Below, one piece after another: positions 39,959-50,065 of a DNA stretch of 64,000 nt. Made by a program: the position numbers and the translations under genes. The stretch spans positions 1,662 to 65,661 of the forward strand of contig CANRLV010000004.1 in NCBI GenBank assembly GCA_947631565.1, read 5' to 3'. Position 1 is the first letter of the stretch. The number at the start of each line of letters is the position of its first letter. This DNA comes from an uncultured Gemmiger sp. (GTDB lineage Bacteria; Bacillota; Clostridia; Oscillospirales; Ruminococcaceae). The notes beneath the pieces are model-generated. The model did no database searches. It was not told the DNA's origin and worked only from the letters and a program-made list of their open reading frames with translations.

Positions 39959-41173
39959 TCAAAGGTTTTGCGCCGCCGCGCGGGCGGTGCTCCAGGCGAT
40001 CTGCAGGTTGTAGCCGCCGGTGCGGGCGTCCACGTCCAGCACCTCGCCGGCGAAATACAGCCCCGGGCAGAGCCTGCTCTGCATCGTTTTGGGGTCCACC
40101 TCGCGCACGTCCACGCCGCCGGCCGTGATGACGGCGTGTTCCAGGTCGCCAAGGCCGGTCACCGGTACGCACCAGTGCTTGCAAAGCGCCGCCAGCGCCT
40201 GCTTTTGGGCCCGGGTCAGCTGGGCGGCACGGGCGGCGGGCGGCACGCCCCAGCGCGCAAGAGCCGGGGCGCGCATACTGCGCGGCAGCAGCCTTTCGAG
40301 CAGGGCGGGGGCCGCGGCGCCGCCCAGGGCGGCGGCCTCCCGCGTCAGGCGGTCATAGAGGGTCTTTTCGTCCAGCGCCGGCTTCAGGTCAAATTCGCAG
40401 ACATAGCGGTGGGCGGCGGCATCTTCCAGATAAGTACTGGCCGTGAGCACCAGCGGCCCCGACAGGCCAAAGTGGGTGAACAGCGCCTCGCCCTGCTCGG
40501 CAAAGACCGGCTTGCCGTCGCACAGCAGGGTCAGGTGCACGTTGCGTAAGGCGAGCCCCATCATGCGCCGGCAGTCGGCGTCGTTGCTGACAAGGCCGCA
40601 CAGGCTGGGCTGCGGGGCCACGATGCGGTGCCCGGCCTGCGCCGCCAGCCGGTAGCCGCTGCCGTCAGAGCCGGTGGCCGGATAGCTCTGCCCGCCGGTG
40701 GCCAGCAGCGTGGCCTTGGCGCGGTATTCCCGGCCGTTCGCCGCGGCGCCGGCGCAGGCGCCGTTTTCCAGCAGCAGCTCTTCGGCGTGGGCCGGCACGA
40801 AGCGGGCCCCGGCGGCGTAGGAACGCAGGGCGGCCAGCACGTCGGCGGCGCGGTCGGACTGCGGGAACACCCGCCGCCCGCGCTCGGTCTTGACCGGAAC
40901 GCCCAGGTCCTCAAACAATTCCATCGCCGCCCGCGGCGGGAAAGCCGCCAGCGCCGAGTACAAAAAACGCGGATTACGGCGCACATACGGCAGAAAATCC
41001 TTGACGTCGCTGTCGCTGGTCAGGTTGCAGCGCCCCTTGCCGGTGATGAGCAGCTTCTGCCCCGGGCCCTTGGGGTTGTGCTCGAGCACGGTCACCGAAA
41101 GCCCGCGCGCGCAGGCCGTGCCGGCCGCCATCAGCCCCGCCGCGCCGCCGCCGAGGATCAGCAGATCGGTCAC
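39959..41173 (-). CDS. HI0933/BaiN-like NAD(P)/FAD-dependent flavoprotein
   Basis: GGGAAG, ITGKGRCN, THFGLSGP and TGGYNLQ; GTG start at 41173 overlaps the upstream stop. Confidence 0.9.
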   Translation of the reverse strand: MTDLLILGGGAAGLMAAGTACARGLSVTVLEHNPKGPGQKLLITGKGRCNLTSDSDVKDFLPYVRRNPRFLYSALAAFPPRAAMELFEDLGVPVKTERGRRVFPQSDRAADVLAALRSYAAGARFVPAHAEELLLENGACAGAAANGREYRAKATLLATGGQSYPATGSDGSGYRLAAQAGHRIVAPQPSLCGLVSNDADCRRMMGLALRNVHLTLLCDGKPVFAEQGEALFTHFGLSGPLVLTASTYLEDAAAHRYVCEFDLKPALDEKTLYDRLTREAAALGGAAAPALLERLLPRSMRAPALARWGVPPAARAAQLTRAQKQALAALCKHWCVPVTGLGDLEHAVITAGGVDVREVDPKTMQSRLCPGLYFAGEVLDVDARTGGYNLQIAWSTARAAAQNL

Positions 41174-42831
41174 GGCCGGGCCCCCTCTCCCAGCGTACCG
41201 CACACCGCGTACAAAATGAGCAGCGGGTGGACGCTGGCCAGGTACATCGTGCTGGTGCCGATGCCGAAGCTCGACACCTCGACAAAGGCGATCATCGCGC
41301 AGCGCAGCAGCGCCATGCCCAAAAGCCCGAGCAGCAGCAGCCACGGCACCGCCGCGTCGGCGCGGCGGGCGCGCCGGACGGCGGGCAGGGCACGGAACTG
41401 GCGCAGCAGCGCCAAAACGAAACCGAGCATGAGCGCCGCCGCGTACACGGACCGCCAGCCGTCCATGACGGCAAAGACCAGCTTCTGGTATGGGCTGTAA
41501 TAGGGCGTGTCCCGGCCGGCCTCGGCGGCCGCGTTGAAGTCCTCGTGCAGGTAACCCTGCCAGAGCGCAAAATCTTCCTCCGTGCCGATGGAGCGCAGCG
41601 CCTCATACGGGTGACAGTCGGCAAAGACCAGCGCCCAGCCGAAGCCGCGCGCGGTCTCGGCCAGCGTGGGGGCGACGTACGCGGCGCGGATGGGCTGGGT
41701 GGTGCCGCTGCGCCGGCCGCTGCGGGTCGGTAAAATGCCGCTGTCACAGGCGGCGTTGACCTCGTCGGCGACGGCGCGCCAGTAGGCGGCGGCCGCCGGG
41801 GCGCTTGTGTACACGCCCTCGAACTGGGCGGCGCGGCGGATGGCCCAGTACAGGCTGCCGGCGCGGTAGTCCCGCTTGGCCGGGTCCCGGAAATCGTTTT
41901 GCAGCTGGGGGTCCTCCTCCAGCCAGGATGCGAGCCGCTGCAGCGACGGCGACGCCGCGTACAGCCGGGCGCGGGCGTCCGCCGGCACGCTGAGCAGCAG
42001 GTCGTCATCGGCGGTGGCCACGCGGCTCATCGCGCCCATCGCGTCGGCGAAGGGCCCGGCGGCAAAATCCGACAGCGCCCACACGCCGTAATGGACATAG
42101 TTCATGGCGCAGAATACGGTCATGCCGGCGCCGAGCATCGCATAGGGGACGGCCAGCGCCGCCGCCCGCCGCCGCGTCCCGCGCCGGCGCAGCAGCACGA
42201 ACAGCAGGATGCCGGTGGCCGCCAGGGCGAAGGGCAGCAGGAACAGCCCGGCGTCCTCGCGGTCCAGCCAGCCGGCGGCGAGGCCCGCCCCGGCCAGGAC
42301 CAGCCACGGCCACAGTGGTTTGTCCGGCGTTTTGACGGCGCGCAGCGCTGCCCCCGCCCAGCCGGCGAAGAACAGCAGGCAGAGCGCCGGGAAGATGTTG
42401 TCGCGGTAGACGCGCAGCGTATACGCCGCCCAGGACGAGGGCGCGAAGGCCAGCGCCGCGAACAGCAGCAGCTGCCGCCCCCGTGTTTTCAGCAGCGGCG
42501 CAAAGGCCAGCGCCGCCGCCAGCGCCGCCGCGCACCACAAAAGCGTTCCGCCCAACAGGTAGGGCACGCGCAGCGCGTGCAGAAACGCCAGCCACACCGG
42601 GAAGAACATCGCCTTGGACAGCGTCAGGTAATCATAGGCGCCCAGCCACTGCCCGGCGCTGACGGCCTGCGCGGTGCGGAACATCAGCTCATCGTCCAGC
42701 GGCGCCCCGCCCACCCAGGTGTAGGTCTGCTGGAAGGCGGTCAAAAAGCAGCGCAGCAGGATAAGCCCCGCCGCCGCCAGCCAAAAGCCGCGGCGGGACA
42801 GGGGGCGTATATCGCGCAGCCGTTCCCGCAT
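41170..42831 (-). CDS. Multi-TM membrane protein, putative GT-C glycosyltransferase
   Basis: Acidic LDDE motif after TM1, many TM segments and a large external loop; last gene of a glycosyltransferase operon. Confidence 0.55.
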   Translation of the reverse strand: MRERLRDIRPLSRRGFWLAAAGLILLRCFLTAFQQTYTWVGGAPLDDELMFRTAQAVSAGQWLGAYDYLTLSKAMFFPVWLAFLHALRVPYLLGGTLLWCAAALAAALAFAPLLKTRGRQLLLFAALAFAPSSWAAYTLRVYRDNIFPALCLLFFAGWAGAALRAVKTPDKPLWPWLVLAGAGLAAGWLDREDAGLFLLPFALAATGILLFVLLRRRGTRRRAAALAVPYAMLGAGMTVFCAMNYVHYGVWALSDFAAGPFADAMGAMSRVATADDDLLLSVPADARARLYAASPSLQRLASWLEEDPQLQNDFRDPAKRDYRAGSLYWAIRRAAQFEGVYTSAPAAAAYWRAVADEVNAACDSGILPTRSGRRSGTTQPIRAAYVAPTLAETARGFGWALVFADCHPYEALRSIGTEEDFALWQGYLHEDFNAAAEAGRDTPYYSPYQKLVFAVMDGWRSVYAAALMLGFVLALLRQFRALPAVRRARRADAAVPWLLLLGLLGMALLRCAMIAFVEVSSFGIGTSTMYLASVHPLLILYAVCGTLGEGARP

Positions 42832-42844
42832 GGACAAAGCTCCT

Positions 42845-43756
42845 TTACTTTTGGATCTTCTCGATGCTTTCGACAAGGTATTTCTGCCGCCGGAAGACAA
42901 GGTCGACGAGCAGCGAAAGGTATTTCACGACCACCGTCAGCACCGCGAACAGCCCCGCAAAGCCGACCGTGAGCACCAGCATGGTGGTGGTCCAGCCCTC
43001 GATGGGGTGGCCGGCGCAGTATATCGCCACGGTATAGACCAGCTCCAGCAGCGTCAGGGCCAGCATGCCCAGGGTCAGCCCGGCGCTGGCCTTGAAGCCG
43101 GCGTCGGTGTAGAGCGCCAGGCTGTCGGCCGCCAGCGTCAGCCGCCCGCCCGCCTGCCGGGGGACCGTGCCGTCGAACTCGATGTCGGCCATGCGCAGCC
43201 CGCTGGCCGCGTAGGCAGCCTTGCGGTAGGGCAGGTGCGCGCTGGAGGCGTGCACGCGGTTGACGGCCCGCCGGGTGACGAGGCGGAAGGCGTCGGTGCG
43301 CAGCTTGTAGGCGGCGCCGCTGCTCGCGTTGAACAGCCGGTAGAACAAGCTGCTGGACCCCGCCTGCCGGCGCGGGCAGACCGAGACGATGTCATACCCC
43401 TCCAGCGCCTTTTGGTAGGCCGCAAAGATGAGCGCCGGGTCCCAGCCGCCGGCGGTGGAATCGAACTCATACACATAGTCGCCGATGGCGGCGTCCAGCC
43501 CGGCGTTCATCGCCGCCTCCAGCCCGTGTTGCACGCTCAGGTGCACGACGGTCAGCGGCTTTTTCAGGTCCTTGGCCCAGGCGCGCAGGGCAGGCAGCGT
43601 ATCGTCGGTGCAGGCGTCGTCCACCGCCACCAGCTCGTACTGCTCGAAATGCTCGTCCAGCACGGCGTCCGCCGCTTTGCAGAATTCCGCCGCGCGCGGA
43701 CCGTCGCCGTGCAGGTAGACGACCGCCGAAACAAAATTCTTTTCCTTGTCGTTCAT
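42845..43756 (-). CDS. GtrB-like GT2 with two C-terminal TM segments, apparently degenerate
   Basis: VDDACTD, AGLDAAIGD and EGWTT; the usual DxD reads EFDS. Confidence 0.75.
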   Translation of the reverse strand: MNDKEKNFVSAVVYLHGDGPRAAEFCKAADAVLDEHFEQYELVAVDDACTDDTLPALRAWAKDLKKPLTVVHLSVQHGLEAAMNAGLDAAIGDYVYEFDSTAGGWDPALIFAAYQKALEGYDIVSVCPRRQAGSSSLFYRLFNASSGAAYKLRTDAFRLVTRRAVNRVHASSAHLPYRKAAYAASGLRMADIEFDGTVPRQAGGRLTLAADSLALYTDAGFKASAGLTLGMLALTLLELVYTVAIYCAGHPIEGWTTTMLVLTVGFAGLFAVLTVVVKYLSLLVDLVFRRQKYLVESIEKIQK

Positions 43757-44880
43757 ACGTCCAACACCTCGTCCAGGTCATAGACCGTGTTGATCTTGCC
43801 CGAAAGCACGCTCACCATGCGCGGGCGCTCGTTCATCACCCGCACCACCGTGGGGCGGGAATCGTCGATCTCGCTGGCCTTTAAGATCGGCTTCATGCTG
43901 AACAGGCTGGAATGGTAGGCAAAGCCGTATTCCTCTTTCAGGTACTTGCGGGCCAGCTGGCTCATGTAGGGCCAGGCGCTGGCCGGCCGGGCCGGGCACT
44001 CGTTGCAGTTGTACAGATCGCCCGGCGCGCAGCGCCCGCCGCTCTGCCCCTGGCAGGGGAAGGTGGCCACGGCGTCATAGCTGGTCTCGTGCGGGGTGAA
44101 GGTGACGCTGGTCAGGCTGTGCAGCCCGGTCTGCCCGAACGGCATCAGGCTGAAAAACGGCCCGTCCATGACCGTGATGCCGGTGTTCTGCAGCCGGTCG
44201 TCCACCGTACACAGGATGATCTCGCACTTTTCGTACTTGATGCCGAAGGGCGCAAGCCCCAGCAGCCGATGGACGTCGTTGACGCCGGCATAGGTGGCGT
44301 TGAGCAAAAACGGCGCTTCGGCGGTCATCTCCCCGGCCGTGACCCGCCAGACCTCGCCAACGGCCTCGATGCGCTCCGGCTTATGGCCATACAGCACCGT
44401 GACGCTGTCCAGCTTTTCCAGCTGCTCCAGGAACCAGCGCTTGAGCACCTGTGCGTCGTAGGTGTACTCGGTGGTCAAAAAGGCGCCGTCGCAAAGTCCC
44501 GGGTTGAAATAACGGGTCGGGGGCACATCGTCGCAGCGGATGCCGGCGGCGGCGCAGAACCGCCGGAAGGCGGCCGCGTCGGTCCAGGAAAAGTGCGCGC
44601 TGGTGGCGTAGACCTGGTCGAAGTCCTTGCGCAGGCAGAAGCCGTAATCGGCGCAGAAGCGCTCAAAATAGTGCGCGCTCTTGATGGCCGTGGCGTAGGA
44701 GCGCGGGTAGTGGTAGCCCATGTGCACGCGCGCCTGGTTGATGTAGGTGGCGCGCATAAAGGGCGCGGGGTCGCGCTCCAGCACCAGCACGCGCTGCCCG
44801 GCGGCGCCGCATTTCTGCGCCGCGTACAGCCCATACAGCCCGGCGCCCAATATGATCTTGTCGTATCCGTTTGCCGGCAT
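43753..44880 (-). CDS. FAD-dependent oxidoreductase (DAO/L2HGDH-like fold)
   Basis: ILGAGLYG, NQARVHMGYHYPRS and MDGPFFS. Confidence 0.8.
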   Translation of the reverse strand: MPANGYDKIILGAGLYGLYAAQKCGAAGQRVLVLERDPAPFMRATYINQARVHMGYHYPRSYATAIKSAHYFERFCADYGFCLRKDFDQVYATSAHFSWTDAAAFRRFCAAAGIRCDDVPPTRYFNPGLCDGAFLTTEYTYDAQVLKRWFLEQLEKLDSVTVLYGHKPERIEAVGEVWRVTAGEMTAEAPFLLNATYAGVNDVHRLLGLAPFGIKYEKCEIILCTVDDRLQNTGITVMDGPFFSLMPFGQTGLHSLTSVTFTPHETSYDAVATFPCQGQSGGRCAPGDLYNCNECPARPASAWPYMSQLARKYLKEEYGFAYHSSLFSMKPILKASEIDDSRPTVVRVMNERPRMVSVLSGKINTVYDLDEVLDV

Positions 44881-44896
44881 GGTCCCCTCCCCCGTT

Positions 44897-45697
44897 TTAC
44901 GGGTCGTATCTGCCCGCCGCGGCGGCGAACAGTACCCGCAGCAGCTCGCTGTTGCCCCTGACGCCGCTGATCTTGGTCGGCGTCTTGCCGGTGGGCGGAT
45001 AGGCGCGGGTGACCGGCACCTCGCAGGCCTTGAGGCCCAGCTGCGTGGCGCGGATGCTCAGGTAGGCCAGCAGCTCGTACCCCATGAACACGTCGCGCAG
45101 CGGGCGCACGGCCGGGTGGGTCAGGTACTCGCGGCTGTAGGCGCGGTAGGCGTTGGTGGTGTCGGTGAACCAATGCCGCGCGGCCAGGCTGATGACCGGC
45201 GCATGGATGAGCCGCACGGCCAGAAAGCGCACCGGCGGCGTGTTGACGGCCCGTCCGCCCCGGATAAAACGGCTGCCCTGGACAAGGTCATAGCCCTGCT
45301 CGAGCTTTGCGATAAATTTGGGCACGTCCTCGATGGAATCCTTGTTGTTGCCGTCGATGGTCAAGATGCCCTTGTAGCCGCGCTGCAGGGCGAACCACAG
45401 CCCCATGCGCAGCTGCGCGCCCTGCCGGCCGGGCCCCGTTTTGACGAGCAGCGTGTTGACGCCGTACAGCGCCAGCGTGTCGGGGTCCATGCTGCCGTCG
45501 GTGGAGCCGCCGTCGCAGAGGACGATGTCACAAAGCTTGTCCACGCCGGCCTTCTGCGCGCGGCCCAGCTCGGTCAAAATGCGCGCGCCCTCGTTGATGA
45601 CGGGGATGAGCAGGCAGTAGCGGCTGGCGCGGCTGTTCAGCTCGGCAGCCGCGAAATCCGGCACGCCGTCGAGGCCGGTCTTTTCATAGCGGTTCAT
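44897..45697 (-). CDS. GT2 polyprenol-phosphate glycosyltransferase (Dpm1-like)
   Basis: IPVINEG, DGGSTDG, TIDGNNKD, QGSRF and DTTN. Confidence 0.85.
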   Translation of the reverse strand: MNRYEKTGLDGVPDFAAAELNSRASRYCLLIPVINEGARILTELGRAQKAGVDKLCDIVLCDGGSTDGSMDPDTLALYGVNTLLVKTGPGRQGAQLRMGLWFALQRGYKGILTIDGNNKDSIEDVPKFIAKLEQGYDLVQGSRFIRGGRAVNTPPVRFLAVRLIHAPVISLAARHWFTDTTNAYRAYSREYLTHPAVRPLRDVFMGYELLAYLSIRATQLGLKACEVPVTRAYPPTGKTPTKISGVRGNSELLRVLFAAAAGRYDP

Positions 45698-46497
45698 GCA
45701 AGCACCTCGGATACATAGGCAAGCGTGCGCCGGACGGTCGCCAGGTCCGCCTTGCCCATCTCGACGGAAACAAAGCCCTTGTACCCCACGGCGCCCAGCA
45801 GCAGCGCGAGCTGTTCATGCTCGGGCCGCGGGCGGATCGGGGCCAGCCCCGGCTCGCTGATATGCACATGGCTGACCCAGCGCAGGTCATTGGCAAAATC
45901 TGAGACCCGGTCCCCGGCGCTGAGCACGGCGCCCAGGTCAAAATTGAGCGCCAGGCCCGGGTTATCGAGCTTTTTGAGCAGGGCCAGCACCTCGCCGGTC
46001 GTGTTCAGATAATTCGTATACTCGGGGGCGTTGGGCTCCAGCGCCAGCCGCACGCCCCAGCGCGCCGCCAATGTGCCGGCCCTGTCCAAAAAGGCCTCGC
46101 CCGCCGCCAGCAGCGCCGGGTCCTGTTCCCGCCCGGCGGGCAGCGTGCGGTTTTTGGGGCAGCCGAACACAAGGCTCGGGCAGTGCAGCGCGTGGGCGAA
46201 GGCGAAGGCCTGCGCCGTGTAGTCGAGCAGGGCCTTGTGGTCGGCGGCATCAAAAATGCTGCCGTTCTGCCCGTACCAGATGCTCTGCAGGCTCGGCACC
46301 GCGAAGCCCCAGCGGTTTTTGAGGTAGCCGCCGAAGAGGGCGGCGCCGTTCAGGTGGTCATACGGCGGCGGCGGGAACACCCGCGTCGGGGCCAGCTCCA
46401 CCCCCGTGAAGCCGGCCGCCTGCATGGCGGCATAGACGGCCTCGTCGTCCGCCTTGTCCCAGCCGATGTTGCTCATGCTCAGCTGCCAGCTTGCCAT
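45694..46497 (-). CDS. Sugar phosphate isomerase/epimerase (AP-endonuclease-2 TIM barrel)
   Basis: GVELAP, LVFGCPKNR, ALEPN, HVHISEP and SVEM. Confidence 0.8.
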   Translation of the reverse strand: MASWQLSMSNIGWDKADDEAVYAAMQAAGFTGVELAPTRVFPPPPYDHLNGAALFGGYLKNRWGFAVPSLQSIWYGQNGSIFDAADHKALLDYTAQAFAFAHALHCPSLVFGCPKNRTLPAGREQDPALLAAGEAFLDRAGTLAARWGVRLALEPNAPEYTNYLNTTGEVLALLKKLDNPGLALNFDLGAVLSAGDRVSDFANDLRWVSHVHISEPGLAPIRPRPEHEQLALLLGAVGYKGFVSVEMGKADLATVRRTLAYVSEVLA

Positions 46498-46500
46498 GCG

Positions 46501-47427
46501 TCAATCCCCCCACGCGGCCATAAAGGCGCGGATGCTTTCCAATTCCTGTTCGGCCGTGCACAGGTAACCGCCCTGCCCGCCGTACAGCGCCGCGTGCGCG
46601 GTGCGCAGGTCATAGTCGAACGGGGGCTTTGCCAGCGCATTGTGCCAGTCCTCCCTGCCGGTGACGGCGGCGTACACGGCCGCGGCGGCAAGCGGCGGCG
46701 TGGCCAGGTGCAGCAGCGTCAGCCCGTTCTGCAGCGCCGTCTGGAGGTCCGCCCACAGGCGGGAAAGGTCATAGAATTGGTAGCGGCTGCGGCTGTCGGT
46801 AAAGGCGAGGGCGTTGAAATCATGGGCGGCAAAAAACGCCTTGAGCGCCGCCGCGTCCGCCGTGCCGCCCAGCTTGTAAAAGCCGTTGTCCGCCAGCGTG
46901 TACGCCCCTGCCACCAGCGGGCTTTGGGCGGCCAATTCCGCGTATTTTTCCGGCCGCAGCATGGCCGGGGTGACGGTGTGCAGGTCATACAAAAAGTTCT
47001 TTTTGAGCCCTTTGCCGTAGAGCGCCGGCAGCCGCACGATGAGCGCGGCGGGAAAATCCTCCCGCACCCAACGCTCCAGCTGCAGGCGGTTTGCCCCGTA
47101 GGCGGGCAGGCCCGCCGGCGCGGGCGGGTCGCTTTCCGTCTTGCCGCGGCTGTCGGCATAGACGGCGACGGTGGAGACGAGCACCACCTGCTTTGGCGCG
47201 ATGCGGCGCAGGTTCTCGCGCGCGGCGCGCATGACGGCCAGGTCCTGCGCGGGATCGGCGTTGGCCAGAAACATCGCTGCCGGCACGCCGGCATAGACGC
47301 ACAGGTCGGGCTTGGTGCCGTACTGCGCGGCGACGTCACGGCTGTGCGCCAGCGCCGAAAAGGCGTGCGCGGCGCGCAGATTGCCGCCCACGAACCCGGT
47401 CGAGCCGACCAGCAGGTCCCCTGCCAC
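46501..47427 (-). CDS. NAD-dependent epimerase/dehydratase family protein
   Basis: GSTGFVG, STVAVY, YGANR (YxxxR) and RLPALYG. Confidence 0.8.
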   Translation of the reverse strand: MAGDLLVGSTGFVGGNLRAAHAFSALAHSRDVAAQYGTKPDLCVYAGVPAAMFLANADPAQDLAVMRAARENLRRIAPKQVVLVSTVAVYADSRGKTESDPPAPAGLPAYGANRLQLERWVREDFPAALIVRLPALYGKGLKKNFLYDLHTVTPAMLRPEKYAELAAQSPLVAGAYTLADNGFYKLGGTADAAALKAFFAAHDFNALAFTDSRSRYQFYDLSRLWADLQTALQNGLTLLHLATPPLAAAAVYAAVTGREDWHNALAKPPFDYDLRTAHAALYGGQGGYLCTAEQELESIRAFMAAWGD

Positions 47428-47562
47428 GGCGCACCGCCCCCTTTACATACCAATACAGAATAAAGTATAACACACGGGCGGCCAAAAAGCAACGTATGCC
47501 CTTGCCAGCGCGGGCATTTTCTGCTATAGTAAAGGCCAGCAACAGGGAAGTGAGGCGCCGCT

Positions 47563-48138
47563 ATGGCACGCTATGCGCAAAGGAACGAAAACCGGGCCGG
47601 GCAGGTGTTCATCGCCGTCATCGTCTGCCTCATCGCCATGGTGGGCGCGATGTGGAGCCACGGCGACATCGGCATCCTGCAGCAGAGCATGGTGGCCGGC
47701 AGCGCCCGCCAGGCGGCCGATCTGCCCACCGACTGGCCGCTGGCCTCGGCGGACGGCAAGGCGCTGACCTCGCTGCTGTTCTATGCGCCCGGGCGCACTG
47801 AATTTGAAGCGCGCATCTATGAGAACCGCACCGGGCTGGAGGGCGTCTATTTCAAGTTCGGCTGGTTCCCGGCCTACAACTATGCGGTCGCCGGCGATGA
47901 CAGCATGGCCGACGGGATGCAGACCGTCTGGTACGCGCCGCTGACCGTGCGCGGCGAGCGGGCGTATTTCAGCCTCAACGCCGCCGGCGCCGCCGAGGCC
48001 CGCACCCCCGACGGCACCGTGTACGCGGTGTTCACGGCCGACGCGCCGTTCGCCCTCGTGGGACCGGAGGGCCTTGTCTTTGTGGATGCGGCCGGCAATG
48101 AGGTGCCCTGCCGCATGGCGCCGGACAGCGCCGAATAA
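47563..48138 (+). CDS. Hypothetical membrane-anchored protein
   Basis: N-terminal TM, GAGG RBS, GC3-rich codons and a downstream hairpin. Confidence 0.7.
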   Translation: MARYAQRNENRAGQVFIAVIVCLIAMVGAMWSHGDIGILQQSMVAGSARQAADLPTDWPLASADGKALTSLLFYAPGRTEFEARIYENRTGLEGVYFKFGWFPAYNYAVAGDDSMADGMQTVWYAPLTVRGERAYFSLNAAGAAEARTPDGTVYAVFTADAPFALVGPEGLVFVDAAGNEVPCRMAPDSAE

Positions 48139-48285
48139 AATACTGTGGTAAAATGGGGCGCCCCGCCTGCTTGGCGGGGCGCCTGCTTTTTGTGCAAAAT
48201 CTCCTGCCGGGGGCGGTTTGGGCTGTTTAGGGGCACCGCGCGCGGGCCATGCTCATAGTATGCTGACAGCAAAGGAGGCCCTGTT

Positions 48286-49530
48286 ATGAATCCGTTCGAA
48301 CAAACCGCCAGGCCGGCCGACCAATATTACCTCGACTGGCAGGCCCTGTACCCCAAGCCCTATGACAAGAACGAGGTCGACCCCTACACCAAGGTGCGCA
48401 TCATCCTGATGAACGGCACCGAGTACGAGGCCGTCTGGTTCAGCCAGCGGTTCCACCGTATGTGCGCCGACAACGACCTGCGCCGCGCGCTGGCCGTGAC
48501 CCGCCGCAGCGAGCAGCAGCAGCAAAAGCGCCTGGCCTGCCTGAAGCCCGCCGACGAGAGCGCGCTGGAGCACACCATCGCCTACGAGCAGCTGGCCGTC
48601 GACCTGACCGCCATCCTCGCCCAGCGCGAGCCGGACCCCTATGTGGTACAGGTGATGAATCTGGCCCTGCTGGAGGATTTTGACCACCTCTACCGCTATG
48701 CCGACCTGCTGGACCTGGAGAGTGGTATCCACGCCGAGCGGCTGGTGGGCAGCTACACCGAGATCATGCCCGGCCGCCCGACGGTGGCCGAGCACCGCCA
48801 CCCGCGCGACAGCGTGCGGCACTGGTGTGACTTCAAGACCGCCGCGCCCCTCACCAAGCTCGACACCGCCATCATCACGGCCGCCGAGCAGCAGACGATG
48901 AACTATTATATGAACATCGCCGGCTTTTACGGCAGCGAGCCGGGGCGGCGGCTGTACCAGGAGATCGGCATGATCGAGGAGCAGCACGTCACCCAGTACG
49001 GCGCCCTGCTCGACCCGAACTGCACCTGGCTGGAAAACAACCTGCTGCATGAGTACACCGAATGCTACCTCTACTACAGTATGTTCGAGGACGAGACCGA
49101 CCCGTATGTGAAGAAGATCTGGGAGCAGCACTTTGAGATGGAGGTCAGCCACCTGCACGCCGCCGCCGACCTGCTCAAGGCCTACGAGGGCAAGGAATGG
49201 CAGCAGGTCCTTCCGGACGGAGAGTTCCCGCCGCTGCTCAAGTTCGGCCCGCAGAAGGACTATGTGCGCAAGGTCCTCGCCGAAACGGCGGAGGACACCG
49301 CCCTGCGCGAGGAGGTCGTACCGCTGCGCACCCTTGCGCCCGACGCCGACTACTACCGGTACCAGGCGGCGGTCAACACCGACATCGACAAGGCGGCCAG
49401 CCACAACGTCATCGAGGACGAGATCCGGGCCGCCCGGCAGGACTACCGCTTTGAGGAGGCGCCGCACCCCGTCAAGGCCCTGCGTGACCGTGAGCATGAC
49501 AACACCACCGTCGGCCGCGTGGCGGGATGA
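48286..49530 (+). CDS. Ferritin-like protein with two apparent di-iron-type repeats
   Basis: ExxH motifs EDFDH, EEQH and EVSH; AAGGAGG RBS. Confidence 0.65.
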   Translation: MNPFEQTARPADQYYLDWQALYPKPYDKNEVDPYTKVRIILMNGTEYEAVWFSQRFHRMCADNDLRRALAVTRRSEQQQQKRLACLKPADESALEHTIAYEQLAVDLTAILAQREPDPYVVQVMNLALLEDFDHLYRYADLLDLESGIHAERLVGSYTEIMPGRPTVAEHRHPRDSVRHWCDFKTAAPLTKLDTAIITAAEQQTMNYYMNIAGFYGSEPGRRLYQEIGMIEEQHVTQYGALLDPNCTWLENNLLHEYTECYLYYSMFEDETDPYVKKIWEQHFEMEVSHLHAAADLLKAYEGKEWQQVLPDGEFPPLLKFGPQKDYVRKVLAETAEDTALREEVVPLRTLAPDADYYRYQAAVNTDIDKAASHNVIEDEIRAARQDYRFEEAPHPVKALRDREHDNTTVGRVAG

Positions 49531-49599
49531 CCCCCTGCCCGGCCGCACAAAAGCCCGCCCCGGCGTTTGCCGGGGCGGGCTTGGTCTTGCGGGCAGAAA

Positions 49600-49959
49600 T
49601 CAGAAGCCGGTGCTGATATACAGGTACCCTTCCGCGGTGGGCACGATGTAGAAATGGCCGTCACTGCTCAGGGTGGCGGGGATCAGGTTGCCGTCGGCAT
49701 CATACACGTTGCTGATGGCACGGGTCACGGGGTCGACATAGACCGTGGGGAGCAGGAACGCCGTGGGCTTGACCTTCTCGACCGCCCGGGCGATGCTGGG
49801 CGCATGGTAGGAGCCGGTCACATTGGCGACAGGGCGGGACGTGCTCTCGGGACGGGACGCATTCTCCGCCGTGGAAGCGGCGGCGACCGACAGCGACATC
49901 ATACCGACACAAAGGACGGCCGCCACGGCCGCTGCGGCACTGCGAAGGAACTTCTTCAT
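49600..49959 (-). CDS. Small secreted Ser/Thr-rich protein
   Basis: Signal peptide MKKFLRSAAAAVAAVLCVGMMSLSVAA; AAGGAGAGG RBS. Confidence 0.7.
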   Translation of the reverse strand: MKKFLRSAAAAVAAVLCVGMMSLSVAAASTAENASRPESTSRPVANVTGSYHAPSIARAVEKVKPTAFLLPTVYVDPVTRAISNVYDADGNLIPATLSSDGHFYIVPTAEGYLYISTGF

Positions 49960-50065
49960 TTCAAACCTCTCCTTTGACGATGGTATTGATACCCTTTTAG
50001 ATATCGATATCATTATACCTCCTCTGCGCAGTTTTTCAAGAGGGCTTTCCCGTTTTGAGAAATTT

